Below are positions 49,728 to 61,424 of a stretch of 64,000 nt of DNA, piece after piece. The position numbers were made by a program, and so were the translations under genes. How positions within the stretch are numbered: position 1 is the first letter of the stretch; every line of letters starts with the position of its first letter. Below the pieces are notes generated by a model. That model had not been told where the DNA came from. It saw nothing but the letters and a program-made list of their open reading frames with translations, and made no database searches. The stretch is from Octopus vulgaris (taxonomy: Eukaryota), in contig OX597817.1 in NCBI GenBank assembly GCA_951406725.2, positions 133,548,001-133,612,000 of the forward strand. Direction: 5' to 3'.

Positions 49728-52388
49728 TTATCCAATGTCACTGTTCTCCTAGATGATCACGATAGATATCTGAGCAAACTAAACAGATCCTTTAGAATAT
49801 ATTGCCTGAAACTGACAAGAATATTTCAAGGTGATAAACTTGATGGTGTAGGTGTGTGTTTACCAGTCATGTCATCAGGCTACCTAGTTTCTGCAATAAA
49901 AACACTGATGCACAAGATTACAAGAGAGATATGAGTGTCTTCTTTTTCTAATGTAAGAAACAATCCATACTTTTTCCACAGTTTATGCATGGATTACTGT
50001 ATGGATACTTGGGAAAGTATATCCTTAGAGGAACCATTTCAAAATCAAGGAATATTCATTTGCAGCAGACCAAGATGAATAGTACAAACAAGAACCAGTG
50101 TGATCAAAATGATAAATAAATATAACAAGCTTCATATATTGATTTTTGTTAAAGAAGTAACCAAATACTCTATAATGCAATAACAAAGCTATAAATTATT
50201 TGATTTCAAAAATATATGTATTTTACAAAACAAATTAAGGATGTTTAGACGTGAGTGAGCTACACACACCCACAGAGGCATGCGCGTGCGTGAACGCACA
50301 CACACTCACATACATGTATGCACAGAGTGAGCTAAGAGAAATAACCGGAGTGGGTTAATTTCATGAATTCAGATAATTTGGGCTTGCCTTTTAGTTAGAG
50401 GAAGAAATCAAAAGCCTAGCAATTGATAAAGTTTACACATTTAACTAGGAATGGTATAAGGTATTAAACTGAACCCCAATATATGACTGGTACTGGTACT
50501 TATTTTGTCATGAGGAGGAAAAGTTAGACATCTGCTACAGCTACAACAATAACAGCAACAACAGCTACCACTACTATTACTAATACTACTAATACTAATA
50601 ATAATAATAGTTATTTCTAACATTGACACAAAGCCTTAAATTTGGAATGGGAGGTGTAAATATCTGTATTGATTTCCATACATGGCTGGTATTTATTAAT
50701 TGACAGTGAATCGAAGAAAGGCAAAGTCTATCTTGATGAGATTTGGTTTTTAGACATAAATAAATTTCACATAGCTATTAAGTCCATCGCTGTACTTTTT
50801 CTGCCACTCACTGCCTTTAATGATGATGATGAGGAGGAGGTATACAATAACAAAAACAACAATAACCATTTCTAATTTAGACACAAACATGGCAATTTTA
50901 GGGGAAGGTGCTCATCGATTACATCAACTGATACTTTCTCTATCAACCTCAAAGGGATGAGATTTGAACTGAGAGTTCAGCAAAGGGACATGTTCATCTA
51001 GCTGTTTCTTGCTAGAATGCCACAGTTTACATCCCACCAGCTTTAAGACCATAAAATAAAAATAATTCTCCTAAGTTAATATTTTATACATCAGACAGTT
51101 TTTACATTAAAGCAGATACTGACAGTTAACATCAAAGGATAGCATATATACAGCAAAGGATAGCATATGCATTAAAGGATGGTTGTTTTCTCAGGATACA
51201 CCAACTTAAAGGAAAACATAGTGACGAGGCTGAAAACTAAAGTGGACAGAAGTAATGAAGCTAAACATTGAACAATGTCACAGCAAAACCCTAATAAATG
51301 CTTCTACATCATCAAGGCAGTTACTGCATCAATACTGGTAACAAATGTATCCAGATTTTGCCTGTCGAGAACAGAGCGTAACTCATCTGCAACAAAGCAA
51401 ATATTCAACCAGATGGAAGATGGAACTAAAGCACACAGCAACAGAGGACGCTGGTTGGTGGAGTAAGAGATCAAAGCCATAAAGAATGGGTGTTACACTT
51501 TATTTAGAACTGCTGAGAACTGGTGAAATAACAGTAGTGAAGCTAATAAGAATAATAATAGTAATGTTAATGTTACCAATGAGAATAACGATCACAACAT
51601 TAACCATGTTAATAGTGTAAATATAACTTATAACAAATATGTGGAGGTGAGATATCTTATTCCAGCTGTGACAAAGAACACAACCTGTGTAGTTATCACA
51701 GTTGTAATGAGCCACATCAAATAGGGCCTGACCAGGAAAGTGATGAAACATGCAAAGAACTGACACAGTGTATTATCAACAGATTAAAAACTCATGCAGA
51801 ACAGGCTACAGTAATCTCAAGAGCAGTAGTCTTTATTTAAAGAAAACCCTACAGTAATATATTAACATGCATCATGGTATTGCTGTAAACAAGGTAAAGA
51901 TCAAAATCAGATACGTCAATACATAATTAAATAATGAGCTTTATAACTCTCTCTATGTTTCTATTATTTTAGCTGTTGGAAAGCGCAGGACTTCATAAAC
52001 AGTCTTTTGTTACAAAAGCTTAAATTAAAACACATAGATAACCAAATAACAGTAGCCCATTATTGCAAGCAACATAAGCAATGAACCAACATAATAGCAT
52101 GTATTACAATCCTTAAAGCTTAGAATTATACACAGTAAGTAATAGATTAAAAAAGTATAGTGTTAGGAAATAACTTTTTGTTTCTTCAATTATATGCAGT
52201 AACAGCATAAAAATAAGAGAGTATTGTAGTTCGTTCGAAGCCTTGTGCCATTGGCAGCGGTGACGTCGTCATTTAACGTCCATTTTCCATGCTGGCATGG
52301 GTGTATTGTTTGTAAAATATAACATGTCTTGAATGGCACAACAATGCAGAGTAGACTATAATAACTTATAATTTAATTATCCATAGTC

Positions 52389-52435
52389 TGATATAATAAT
52401 ATTTCGGAATATAAAAATTCCTTCTTCAGATATCA
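52389..52435 (-). ncRNA. Type I hammerhead ribozyme motif (core intact)
   Basis: Minus strand: tgatat-CTGAAGA-a-ggaat(ttttat)attcc-GAAAT-ATT-ATT-atatca. Perfect 6-bp stem I and 5-bp stem II, AUU triplet, ATTAAA about 11 nt downstream. Confidence 0.75.
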
Positions 52436-53057
52436 CTAAGAATTGATCAAGTCACTGCTATAATCGATTTTCCAATGGTTACTGAAATTCTTTTTCCGGA
52501 AGCGTCTCTGCAGTGATCTCATGAAGCTCCTTCCGGAATTCCTCATAAGAAGTGCGTGAGGGTGGCCATGTCTCAAGCGTGTGTGTTTTGGCACATCTAC
52601 AGCGCTGTTTTTAAGTTGTGTATTATACGTGCAGTTTTTTTAGTTTTTTTTTTCTTTATAATACATGAACATGAAAATAGATAAGATCCCTCTATAGGAA
52701 AACAGGAAAACTTTTGGGAAATATTCTTTTCAAAACATATTATAGCTGGTTAGCACTGTATGTTGAAACGATATATGTCTCTGCAAGGTATTACAATAAG
52801 TGATTTCAGACTTTGTCTGCAAAGTTATAGCCATAGGAAAAACGCTGGAATTGTCATAATCTAACATTCACATTTCATACACTTTTGATTCACCTAAAAA
52901 TGGTGTTAGTAATACCTCAAAATAAACTGACAGATGAGCCCTTTAATTACTTGCGTTTCACTTTATCACTTGTAATTATAAATTGTTTTACAAGATATTG
53001 TGTAAAAGGATAATGAAACATTTACAAAAATGCTGATTTCCTTTAAGTAGGCATATA

Positions 53058-53850
53058 CAGGGTGTTTTGGCTTAATTTGAGGGATTTTTATGTCTCCTAT
53101 TTTCAAAAACAGCTTGACGTATTGAACAGTCGACAGCATTGGTGAGTATAAAGATTAAAGATGTAATTGACAAAAGTTTGCTGCCATGGAGGACTTGAAG
53201 CCATTTGAGTTATCTGTGTTGTGATGACTTGCACCTGGTATCGAAATGCCAACTGCTGTTCAGTGTTCTGTGAACATTGTAAAGGCTGTATAACATGACA
53301 AGGACAGCTGTGAGAGACTAGGAAGTAGTGGCCAACAGGAAGTGAAACAGCAAGTGTTCAGATGGTTAAGTGAACCTACTGGAGATTATGATCTTATGAG
53401 TGTGAGCTGGAGAGGATTGCTTGAGGAAGGTCATATGTGTCACAGCAGGATTCAACTCTTTGCCATACCTCTGGAAAAAGTTAGAAGTGGTTGTTGGAGA
53501 ATTTCTATGACTTCACCAGACCCAGTTTCTAGCCTCCCAATTCCCTTGAATGAAATCCCATGGAATATCATGTATGGGGCACTTTTGAGAAAGACACCAA
53601 TAGCTTTGCCTTCAACATCATGGCTGAGCTGATGAGTTGGGATGCAGTGAGGAATGCATGCTTCAGGTTTTGGAACCATCTTGATGTTATGGAAGAAGAT
53701 GAAGGCAGCTACTTTGAAGTAAATTGTTATCTCCCAGCCATAATCTAGTTGATATTTTAACATTTAAAAAAAAATACTTTTATTCATGGATGGGACATAA
53801 TGTTTTCTTATCCTTTTATACAAAATGTTAAATTTAGCCCAAACATCTTT
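53058..53850 (+). mobile_element. Internally deleted Tc1/mariner (maT/DD37D-like) transposon
   Basis: TA-cagggtgttttggcttaattt ... aaatttagcccaaacatcttt-TA (16/21 TIR match). Relic translation: GRSYVSQQDSTLCHTSG..KWLLENFYDFTRPSF*PPNSLE*NPMEYHVWG..VRNACFRFWNHLDVMEEDEGSYFE. Confidence 0.88.
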
Positions 53851-54929
53851 TAATTAAAGACAATCCAGCTACAACAATTTCATCTTTTTGCATACCTGTC
53901 TTTCTCATTTTTAAAGACATTACAGTGTGATTTGAGAGTTTGGCTGCTCTTTCCAGCCGGTTGACTAACTACATAGAGACTCTTTCTATACATACCTGGT
54001 AATTTATTTCATTACCCCACCCCTTACCCTATTCCTACTGGAAGTATTTGAACTCAAAACAGAGGAAGTATTTGAAGTATTTGAACTCAAAACAGAGGGA
54101 TGTAAGATGTAAATGAATACAACAATTTACAGTCCTATTCCTCTACCATTCTATAACATCTGCTACTCTGTGAACCAGTGAGAAAGTTCAAAGTGGTTAT
54201 TTGATCTACCAGAAATAGTAACCAAAACCCACTCCGATCACTCCCTGCCATTTTAGAAGTGGAAAGATACATTGGATAATGTATGTAAGAATGAGACAAG
54301 AAAGTCATATCTAGATGATATTTTATCATACATTGATCATAACTGATCTGTGGTTAAACATCAACAATTTTCTACTCTGCTAACATTCCATAAACCAAGA
54401 TAATCTATTATTAAGATTTATTAGGTAAAATAAATATCAGAAATATTCTGCCCTATACAGAAACTGAAAGAGCTACTCAGAGGTACTACAAGAGCTAATG
54501 AGAGTTATTGCAAGCTCTTCTGGTAGTGACTGATGCCATCCAAAGTTGGAAACTTGTCTGTATTATCAAAAAGTATTTTATGGTCACAAGCATTTTGCCC
54601 CTTAACCTGTACACTTTGGTAGAGTTGGGTAACAAGGACTGAATTAACCTTTTCCTGTGGAAAGGTTCCATCAGAAGTCTTTTGTCAACAACATCGACCT
54701 TGAGCTTATATTACAGTTCTAACAGTTACTATGTTTCTGTTCTAATAGGTACTCCATCCATAGTTTTACTAGCAAGCATGCTACCAAGTCACACTTTCAA
54801 GCAACTTATGACTTGGTAGCAAGTACCATCCTTATTGTTTTAGGTGCTTATGAAGTCATGAATAGATGCAGATACCTTCTTGGCCCTCACACCTTGACTT
54901 ATCACAACATCAAGGATGCAACAGCAGAG

Positions 54930-55107
54930 CAAATGACTGGGCTACACCAGTACTAGGTAGGTATTCATATTCAGATGAACAGACTGGAGTAACACAAAAT
55001 TAAGCGCCTGTACAAGGACACAACATGCCGTCTATTCCAGGAATTGAATCAATGATCTTCTGATCATGAGCCCAAAGCCCTAACCAACAAGCCACCTGCC
55101 TCTCACA
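54930..55107 (-). mobile_element. Decayed tRNA-headed SINE with CORE/Deu-like middle
   Basis: Minus strand gaggcaggtggcttgttggttagggc...gattcaattcc...tgttgtgtccttgtacaggcgcttaatt contains A-box, B-box and the tgtgtccttg motif. Confidence 0.6.
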
Positions 55108-55854
55108 AGAGATAGGTACTATGAAATAACATATTTAGTATTTCATCTATATTTAGTACAATTTGGCCTATATTTATGATCATTCAATGCTTTGTCTGTT
55201 TGTTAAAATGTGGCGTATATGCTCAGACAAAGCTTTGTTAGCTAAATTTATAAATTTTGGAAACAATATAGCATTCGGAAATTCCTAATAAAAACAAAAA
55301 TATAATAATAGCTTCAAAAATTAACTACAAATATTTTTGTTTAGTTAAGACTTTATTTGATGCATTGTATATCAGACAGTAAAATAGTGATGGCGATGAT
55401 AGCTCTGGTTGTAGTTGTGATAGTGGTGATGGTGATGATGGTGGTGATAGTGGTGGTGATGGTGATCATCATTAGCATTGTCACCATCATCATATGGATG
55501 AGATGTGTTGTTATTTTTTCTTGTTCTGTGTTTTGTTTCACCTGTTTCTCGCTAACCCTTCCCTCTTCTACCTTTTCTTCTCCCATACCTTCTCCTTACC
55601 CTATTCGCCCTTTTTATTTCCATTCAAATGAATATATCAATTCATGAATAAAACCTGTTGGAGAAAAATGAAGAGTAAGGAGAAGGAACAGGGAACTAAT
55701 ATGGGTTGGTGAGAAGAGCATGGATTGGGTTGGTAGTAGGGGTTAGCTCAGAGAAAAAGGATGTGTTAAATGAAGGGTGAGCAAGAGGTGTGAGAGAGAA
55801 GGAAATAAAATATTACATTGTTGATGTGACTTGTTACTTTTGATGTTGTTTGGT

Positions 55855-55885
<31 letters not shown>

Positions 55886-57233
55886 CCTCCCTCCCCACCC
55901 TATGCACCAGTTTGCCTGAATCAAAGACTGTATTTGAACTGTGCATTAAGTTATTCTGTCTGATTATAGAATGGTCGGCCAAATTCCATTGATACTCTCT
56001 TCAAGTAAACACATTGCAAAATGTTAACAATCATCTTAAAAAGCTTCTCTCTTTACAGTTCCCACACCCTCCTAGACACATACAAACACACAAAGCACTA
56101 ACATAGTGGTGGTGGTGGTGGTGGAAACTATAAAAATTAGAAAAATAAAGGTAAGAAGATAAAAGAGAAAAATCAGAAATTAAAAACTGTAAGAGGGATG
56201 GTAGTTTCCAGAGATTCTCTTCCATTAACAGGGAAATATAGGTTTTTAGACCAGAACATAGATGAGTATCAAGACTCTTTGGTGAATAGTTTGTTGTCAA
56301 TCAAACAGAACCAAGATTAAAGATAATCTAACCGTGACCATCCTGTCTTTTTTAATGTAATCTCTAGGATTACATTACCTATTGTTTCCCTTGTTTTCTT
56401 AAGATAGTAGAGTGTGATGTGAGAAGATTTAACTGTTATTTCTTACAAGTCAAGTGAGCACATAAAGGTTTCCATTGCTAGCAGAGGGAGATGACATTGC
56501 AATGAAACTATGATTATTGCCTGTACTTGTCAATAGTTGCTTTTGCTCTGTGTTGTTATCTAGACATTTGTTACACCTCTTCTCACATTTAATTTTCCAA
56601 GGCTTAGAGTCAGAGATAGAAGGCCAACAACTATGGCTTTCTGTGTATGGTGCAGAGGTCTTGGAGGGATACAAAAAACCCATTACTCATAGATTAAACC
56701 TGCTCTGAATATTTTCCACATACTGTTGGTGGCACCCTGTACATGACAAAAGTGGTCAGCATTAGAAAGGGTATCCAGATGTAAAGAAAACCATGCTAAA
56801 CAGACACTGGTGCATGATGCAGTCCTTCAGCCCATCAGATCCTTTCAAAGCATCAACCTATTCCAGTGTGGAACATTGACGTTGAATAGTGACTGGGCGA
56901 TGAATTATACCTACTACCCGCAAACTAGGAACAAGCCATCCAGTTACCTACCCATTTTACCTTGGTCCAACAGAAGGTTATGATTGATGGTAGTTGCACA
57001 AAATTCTGTGTCATAAAATCACACTCAAAGGTTTGAGTGAAAGAAATTATGCTGTAATGAATGAATGGAGATTGTGATTGTATTCTGCTAGCTGAAGTCA
57101 CTGAATAGTAACTATGGAAACTGATTCTGCCCTGCCCACTAGACAAAGCACTAAACATCTGTCTCTACTTCATAACTCTTAAATGGCTATGTGGTGGTGT
57201 TAGGTGGTATGGCTGTAGTGATGTCATATCTTT

Positions 57234-57330
57234 TGTTCTGAGCTCAAATCTCACTCTGGTCAACTTTGTCTTTCATCCTTTTGTGGTCAATAAAATAAAG
57301 TATCGGTAAAGTACTAGGGTCAATGTAATC
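57234..57330 (+). mobile_element. Decayed SINE fragment (Nin-domain-like)
   Basis: gttctgagctcaaatc..ggtcaactttgtctttcatccttttgtggtcaataaaataaagta. Related minus-strand pieces lie near 33170-33230, 50470-50530, 50685-50740 and 50925-50975. Confidence 0.5.
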
Positions 57331-59198
57331 TTTTCAATATTGCTGGGCATGTACCTAAATTAGAAACAGTTATTATATTGTATCTTAGGAAATGTAGCAG
57401 TTATTTCTAACACATTTATTGTGACTGATGTCTGTCTGTACAAATGGTTTATAAAAAGAACCAAGTATTGGTGAATAGAATTTTGGTGATTGCTGTACAA
57501 TGGAATCATTAAAGTAGTCTCAGATATAAAGACCAATCACAGGAAAAAAAAATATGGAGTTTATCAACTGTTAAGTAAGCATTAAAGTTAACTTGTTCCA
57601 GACATTATACTTTATCAACATAGCAGCACATATCAGCCTTTGAGGTAGTATTTGAAGAACTGATTTGTATGGTTTTGTTTGTTGGTTGGTATTGTTTATT
57701 AAATGATGTGGTTGTAGGCTGTGTGGAGCTGTGTTGTTGTTGTTGCTGCTTCTGCTGATGATATTAGTCATCGTCATCATCATTATCGACATAACCCCCA
57801 CTGATGTGCTACCTGTTGTTGATATGTATTGTGATTGATGTATTAAGTGGTTGATGTACTAGTGTGTGCTTGGTTGGTTAACTTGATGGCTGGTCGACTG
57901 GCTGACTGGCTAGCTGGCTGGTTGGACTGTTCAGGAATGTTTTATTAGAAGGATGATGGCTAGTTGATTATTTTTCTGGATGATGTAAATGGTTCGATTG
58001 TTAGGTGGTTGGTGCTTTAGGTTGGTTGGCTGCTTTGATGGTCGATGGTTGGTTCAATAGACTGATGGCAGGTTGCTTAGTCAGGTAGGTGGAACAAGGG
58101 GAAGGGTTGTTGGTGAGTTTATGTCAGTGGTTGAGAACACAGCTAATGTTCTTTGAGTGTTGTAGAGAAGAATGTTATAAATATTTTCTATAGGCACGAT
58201 ATGAATTCTCCATCCGATAAAGTCTTCAGGGAAATTTAGTTGAAAGAAAACACTCTGATTAAGAATTTTCCAATTGAATGGTTGGAGAGAAAGTTTACTG
58301 TTCATCTTTTGTATATCATTATATATTCTTTATGTAAATGTCAGATATCGATAAAAATGGTGAAATATGAAAGACAGGAAGATAGGTGGTTGGCAATGCG
58401 ATAGATATAGAATATAGTGTCATATATGGGAAGAAAGAAACTACGGAAAAAGACAAAGAGCTGAAGAAATATCAAAGAAATGGAAGAGAAAGATCTGGAA
58501 AATAAAAGAGAACAAAACAAGATTTGCAGAAGTAGCGAGATGGTGAAGGAATCTATAAAAGACACAATAGAATGATTGTGAATACACGCGTGCGCACACA
58601 GACACACACACACACATGCACAAACACATTCATGCGCGTATATTATGTATATGCGTGTTGACACATATTGATTCATTGATCCTGTATAAATGTATACATG
58701 CTTGAGTGTGGGTATGTTTGTGTGTGTGTGTATGCTTATATGTATTATTATATTTTTATTATTATATGCTATCACACATCCTAATAATTACAAATTTCAT
58801 AAATATAAATGTAGACTTATAAATGTGTATATGTGTATTTATCTCTCTCTCTCACTCACTATCTCTCTATCTCTCTCTCTCTATCTATCTATCTCACTGT
58901 CTGTCTATCTATCTATCTATCTATCATAATTAGGATTCAGTTGAATTAGGTACTTAAATTGAGGCACCTTGTTAGGTCGATCTAATTTTCTGACTTGCAC
59001 ACCCAAACAATATCAGATGGACATCAAACTCTGTGCAGAAATGTTTGCACTTGATATTCTTACCATGTATGCAGATAACATGACCCAACTTAGTGCAGAG
59101 ATCCATTCTTCGTTGTACAGACATGTACTTTATATAAAAATACAAAAATACTTTCTATAATATTTGAAAAGTGTAAATTTCTGGGTAGGTAAATAAAA

Positions 59199-59402
59199 TA
59201 TAAGTGAGTAACAAAGATGTACAGGTATCAATTCATTATGGCCGTTTCAAACGACTCCTTTAATTGATTAATGAAAACATTACATCATAGCAAAGGAACC
59301 GTTTTCATTTGCTATGAGGCAATGTTTTCATTAATCAATTAAAGGGGTCGCTTGAAATGGCCATAATAAATTGACACCTGTACATCTTTATTACACATTT
59401 AT
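59199..59402. repeat. Fold-back inverted repeat (~100-bp arms) with hammerhead-like relic
   Basis: Arms 59199-59298 and 59303-59402. The arm consensus reads ttcat-..gaggc...gctt-GAAAC-GGCC-ATA-atgaa. Confidence 0.85.
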
Positions 59403-59442
59403 GTGTGTGTGTGTGTATGTATAGATAGATAACTTAGGTAAC

Positions 59443-59590
59443 TTAGCAGTGCAGCAAAAGAACTAATAGAATAAGAAGCAGGCTTAAAGAAAAGTACTGG
59501 GTTTGATTCATTTGACTAAAATTCTTCAAGGCAGCACCACAGCATGGCCGCAGTATAATGACTGAAACAAGTAAAAGATAAAAGATAAAT
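59443..59590 (+). mobile_element. Family B SINE 3' half
   Basis: taacttagcagtgcagcaaaagaactaatagaataag...cagcatggccgcagtataatgactgaaacaagtaaaagataaaaga. Confidence 0.8.
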
Positions 59591-59627
59591 GATATACACA
59601 CACATACACGTTTACACACACACACAC

Positions 59628-59841
59628 ATATATATTTTCTTTATTTGTGAATTAAGGCTACCGTTGGTTTTATGTTAAGAAGAGTAGAAAAATATCCTAG
59701 TGTCAGTGTTAAGACACTAGTATATTCTTAACATGAAACCAAAGGTAGCCTTAATTCACAAATAAAGTAATTATATATCCACCTGTACACCAAATTCTTC
59801 ACTAGTCATGGTTAACTCTCACATTACTGACAGCGTCTTAA
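59628..59841 (+). mobile_element. Fold-back pseudo-LTR-like fragment truncated inside a hammerhead
   Basis: Arms 59628-59704 and 59713-59778. Plus strand reads gtgttaaga(..)tcttaacat-GAAAC-CAAAG-GTA-gcc..AATAAA with the CTGANGA half absent; it ends at (TA)n. Confidence 0.7.
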
Positions 59842-59851
59842 ATATATATAT

Positions 59852-60256
59852 GGAGTGGCTGAGTGGTAAGTAGCTTGCTTACAAACCACATGGTTCCGAG
59901 TTCAGTCCCACTGCGTGGCACCTTGGGTAAGCAGCTGCTACTATAGCCTCAGACCAACCAAAGCCTTGTGAGTGGATTTGGTAGATGGAAACTGAAAGAA
60001 ACCCGTCGTATATATGTATATATATGTGTATGTGTGTGTATATGTTTGTGTGTTGTGTTTGTCCCCCCCCCCAACACCGCTTGATAACCAATGCTGGTGT
60101 GTTTACATCCCTGTAACTTAGCGGTTTGGCAAAAGAGACCGATAGAATAAGTACTAGGCTTACAAAGAATAAGTCCTGGGGTCGATTTGCCTGACTAAAG
60201 GCAGTGCTCCAGCATGGCCAGTCAAATGACTGAAACAAGTAAGAAAAAAAAGAAAA
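59852..60256 (+). mobile_element. Family B tRNA-headed SINE, best-preserved full-length copy
   Basis: A-box tggctgagtgg (59856-59866), B-box gagttcagtccc (59898-59909), ccttgggtaag motif, internal (TA/TG)n and an A-rich tail; more than 10 relatives in the window. Confidence 0.92.
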
Positions 60257-61224
60257 TATATATATATATATATATAGATATATAGATAGATAGATATGAT
60301 GGTGGCATATAGTTTGTGAGATTTTATAGGAGTGTAGGATGTATTATTAAGTCTTCAGAGATTGTTTAGATGTAAATTTTTCAAGGTAACAGTACCTTGC
60401 TACTAGAAGATATTAAATATGTTCTTCTAAATAAAGATTTAGTGACCTATACCTTATGGGTATCTTGTCACTTGCTCTAAGAGATTAAGCATAAGATTCT
60501 ATTATAGTTTTTATTGTGCTGGTACAGTCTTAGAGATAAAATAGCTGTGGGTGTAGAGGCATAATGAGAAGTGATCAAGTGAGAAGTCCCATCATCCCCA
60601 ACAGCCAGCACAAATATGAAAGAATACTAAATTTCCTGTGTCTAATCATTCCTCCTAAATAAGGTGAGCTCTAGCATCAAAAATATCTTTGCTACAGCAA
60701 TGTGAGTTTCTAGCAAGAAACACTTATTTTCTTAAGTTCAAAAGGCTTGAGGTTAAGAAGTGTTCTATCACATATATCTAGTTTCAATCTCATTGTCTGA
60801 CACATTGGACAAGTGTCATCTATTCCACCCTGGAGTTTGACTAATATGTTGGGTTTCTGGATAAAGTTCTTTATTCTAGAGACGTGTTTCAGTTAATGTA
60901 TATGTTAAGAGTCAAATCATCTCAGAATATAATATAAAAAAAAGCTGGTGACCCATCCTGAAGGAGATTACTGCCTAGTTTGTAGGGGCTTGTCATAGTT
61001 TAAAATATATTTACATTCATTTGCAAGGGTAGATAAATAAGTTATTGTGATGTTCTGACTGTGTGCTAAGAAGTTTACTTATCAGCAATGTGGTTTCAGG
61101 TTCAATCACACTACCTAGGATCTTAGGCCTGTGTCTATAGTGGAAGACACTAGCCTAAGATTCTACAGGGACCTTTTGAGCTGGTTGGGCTACTTGACCA
61201 GAATAAAGTTCTAACAGGAGCCCC

Positions 61225-61424
61225 CTGCAAGGTTATGCACTGTTTATCTTGATATGAGATCACCATGTTGTACACATATGGTTGTGAATCATGTGTCTGG
61301 TTTATCCTTATCACACGGGTTGTCATGATGGGTATATTGGGTTTTGTATATTTGTACACCAGTGTCATTTTTATGGCATGCACTGCTCTCTCACTCAATA
61401 ATAATAATAATAATAATAATAATA
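61225..61424 (+). mobile_element. Retroposon 3' end with (AAT)n tail
   Basis: A more GC-balanced ~170-bp segment ends gcatgcactgctctctcactc(aat)n. It is single-copy in this window, so the call rests on the tail. Confidence 0.45.

Noticed and set aside
59852-59925. tRNA gene candidates at SINE heads (also 44421-44466 and ~55040-55107)
   Set aside because: A and B boxes are present, but there is no complete cloverleaf, and each continues into a multi-copy repeat body.
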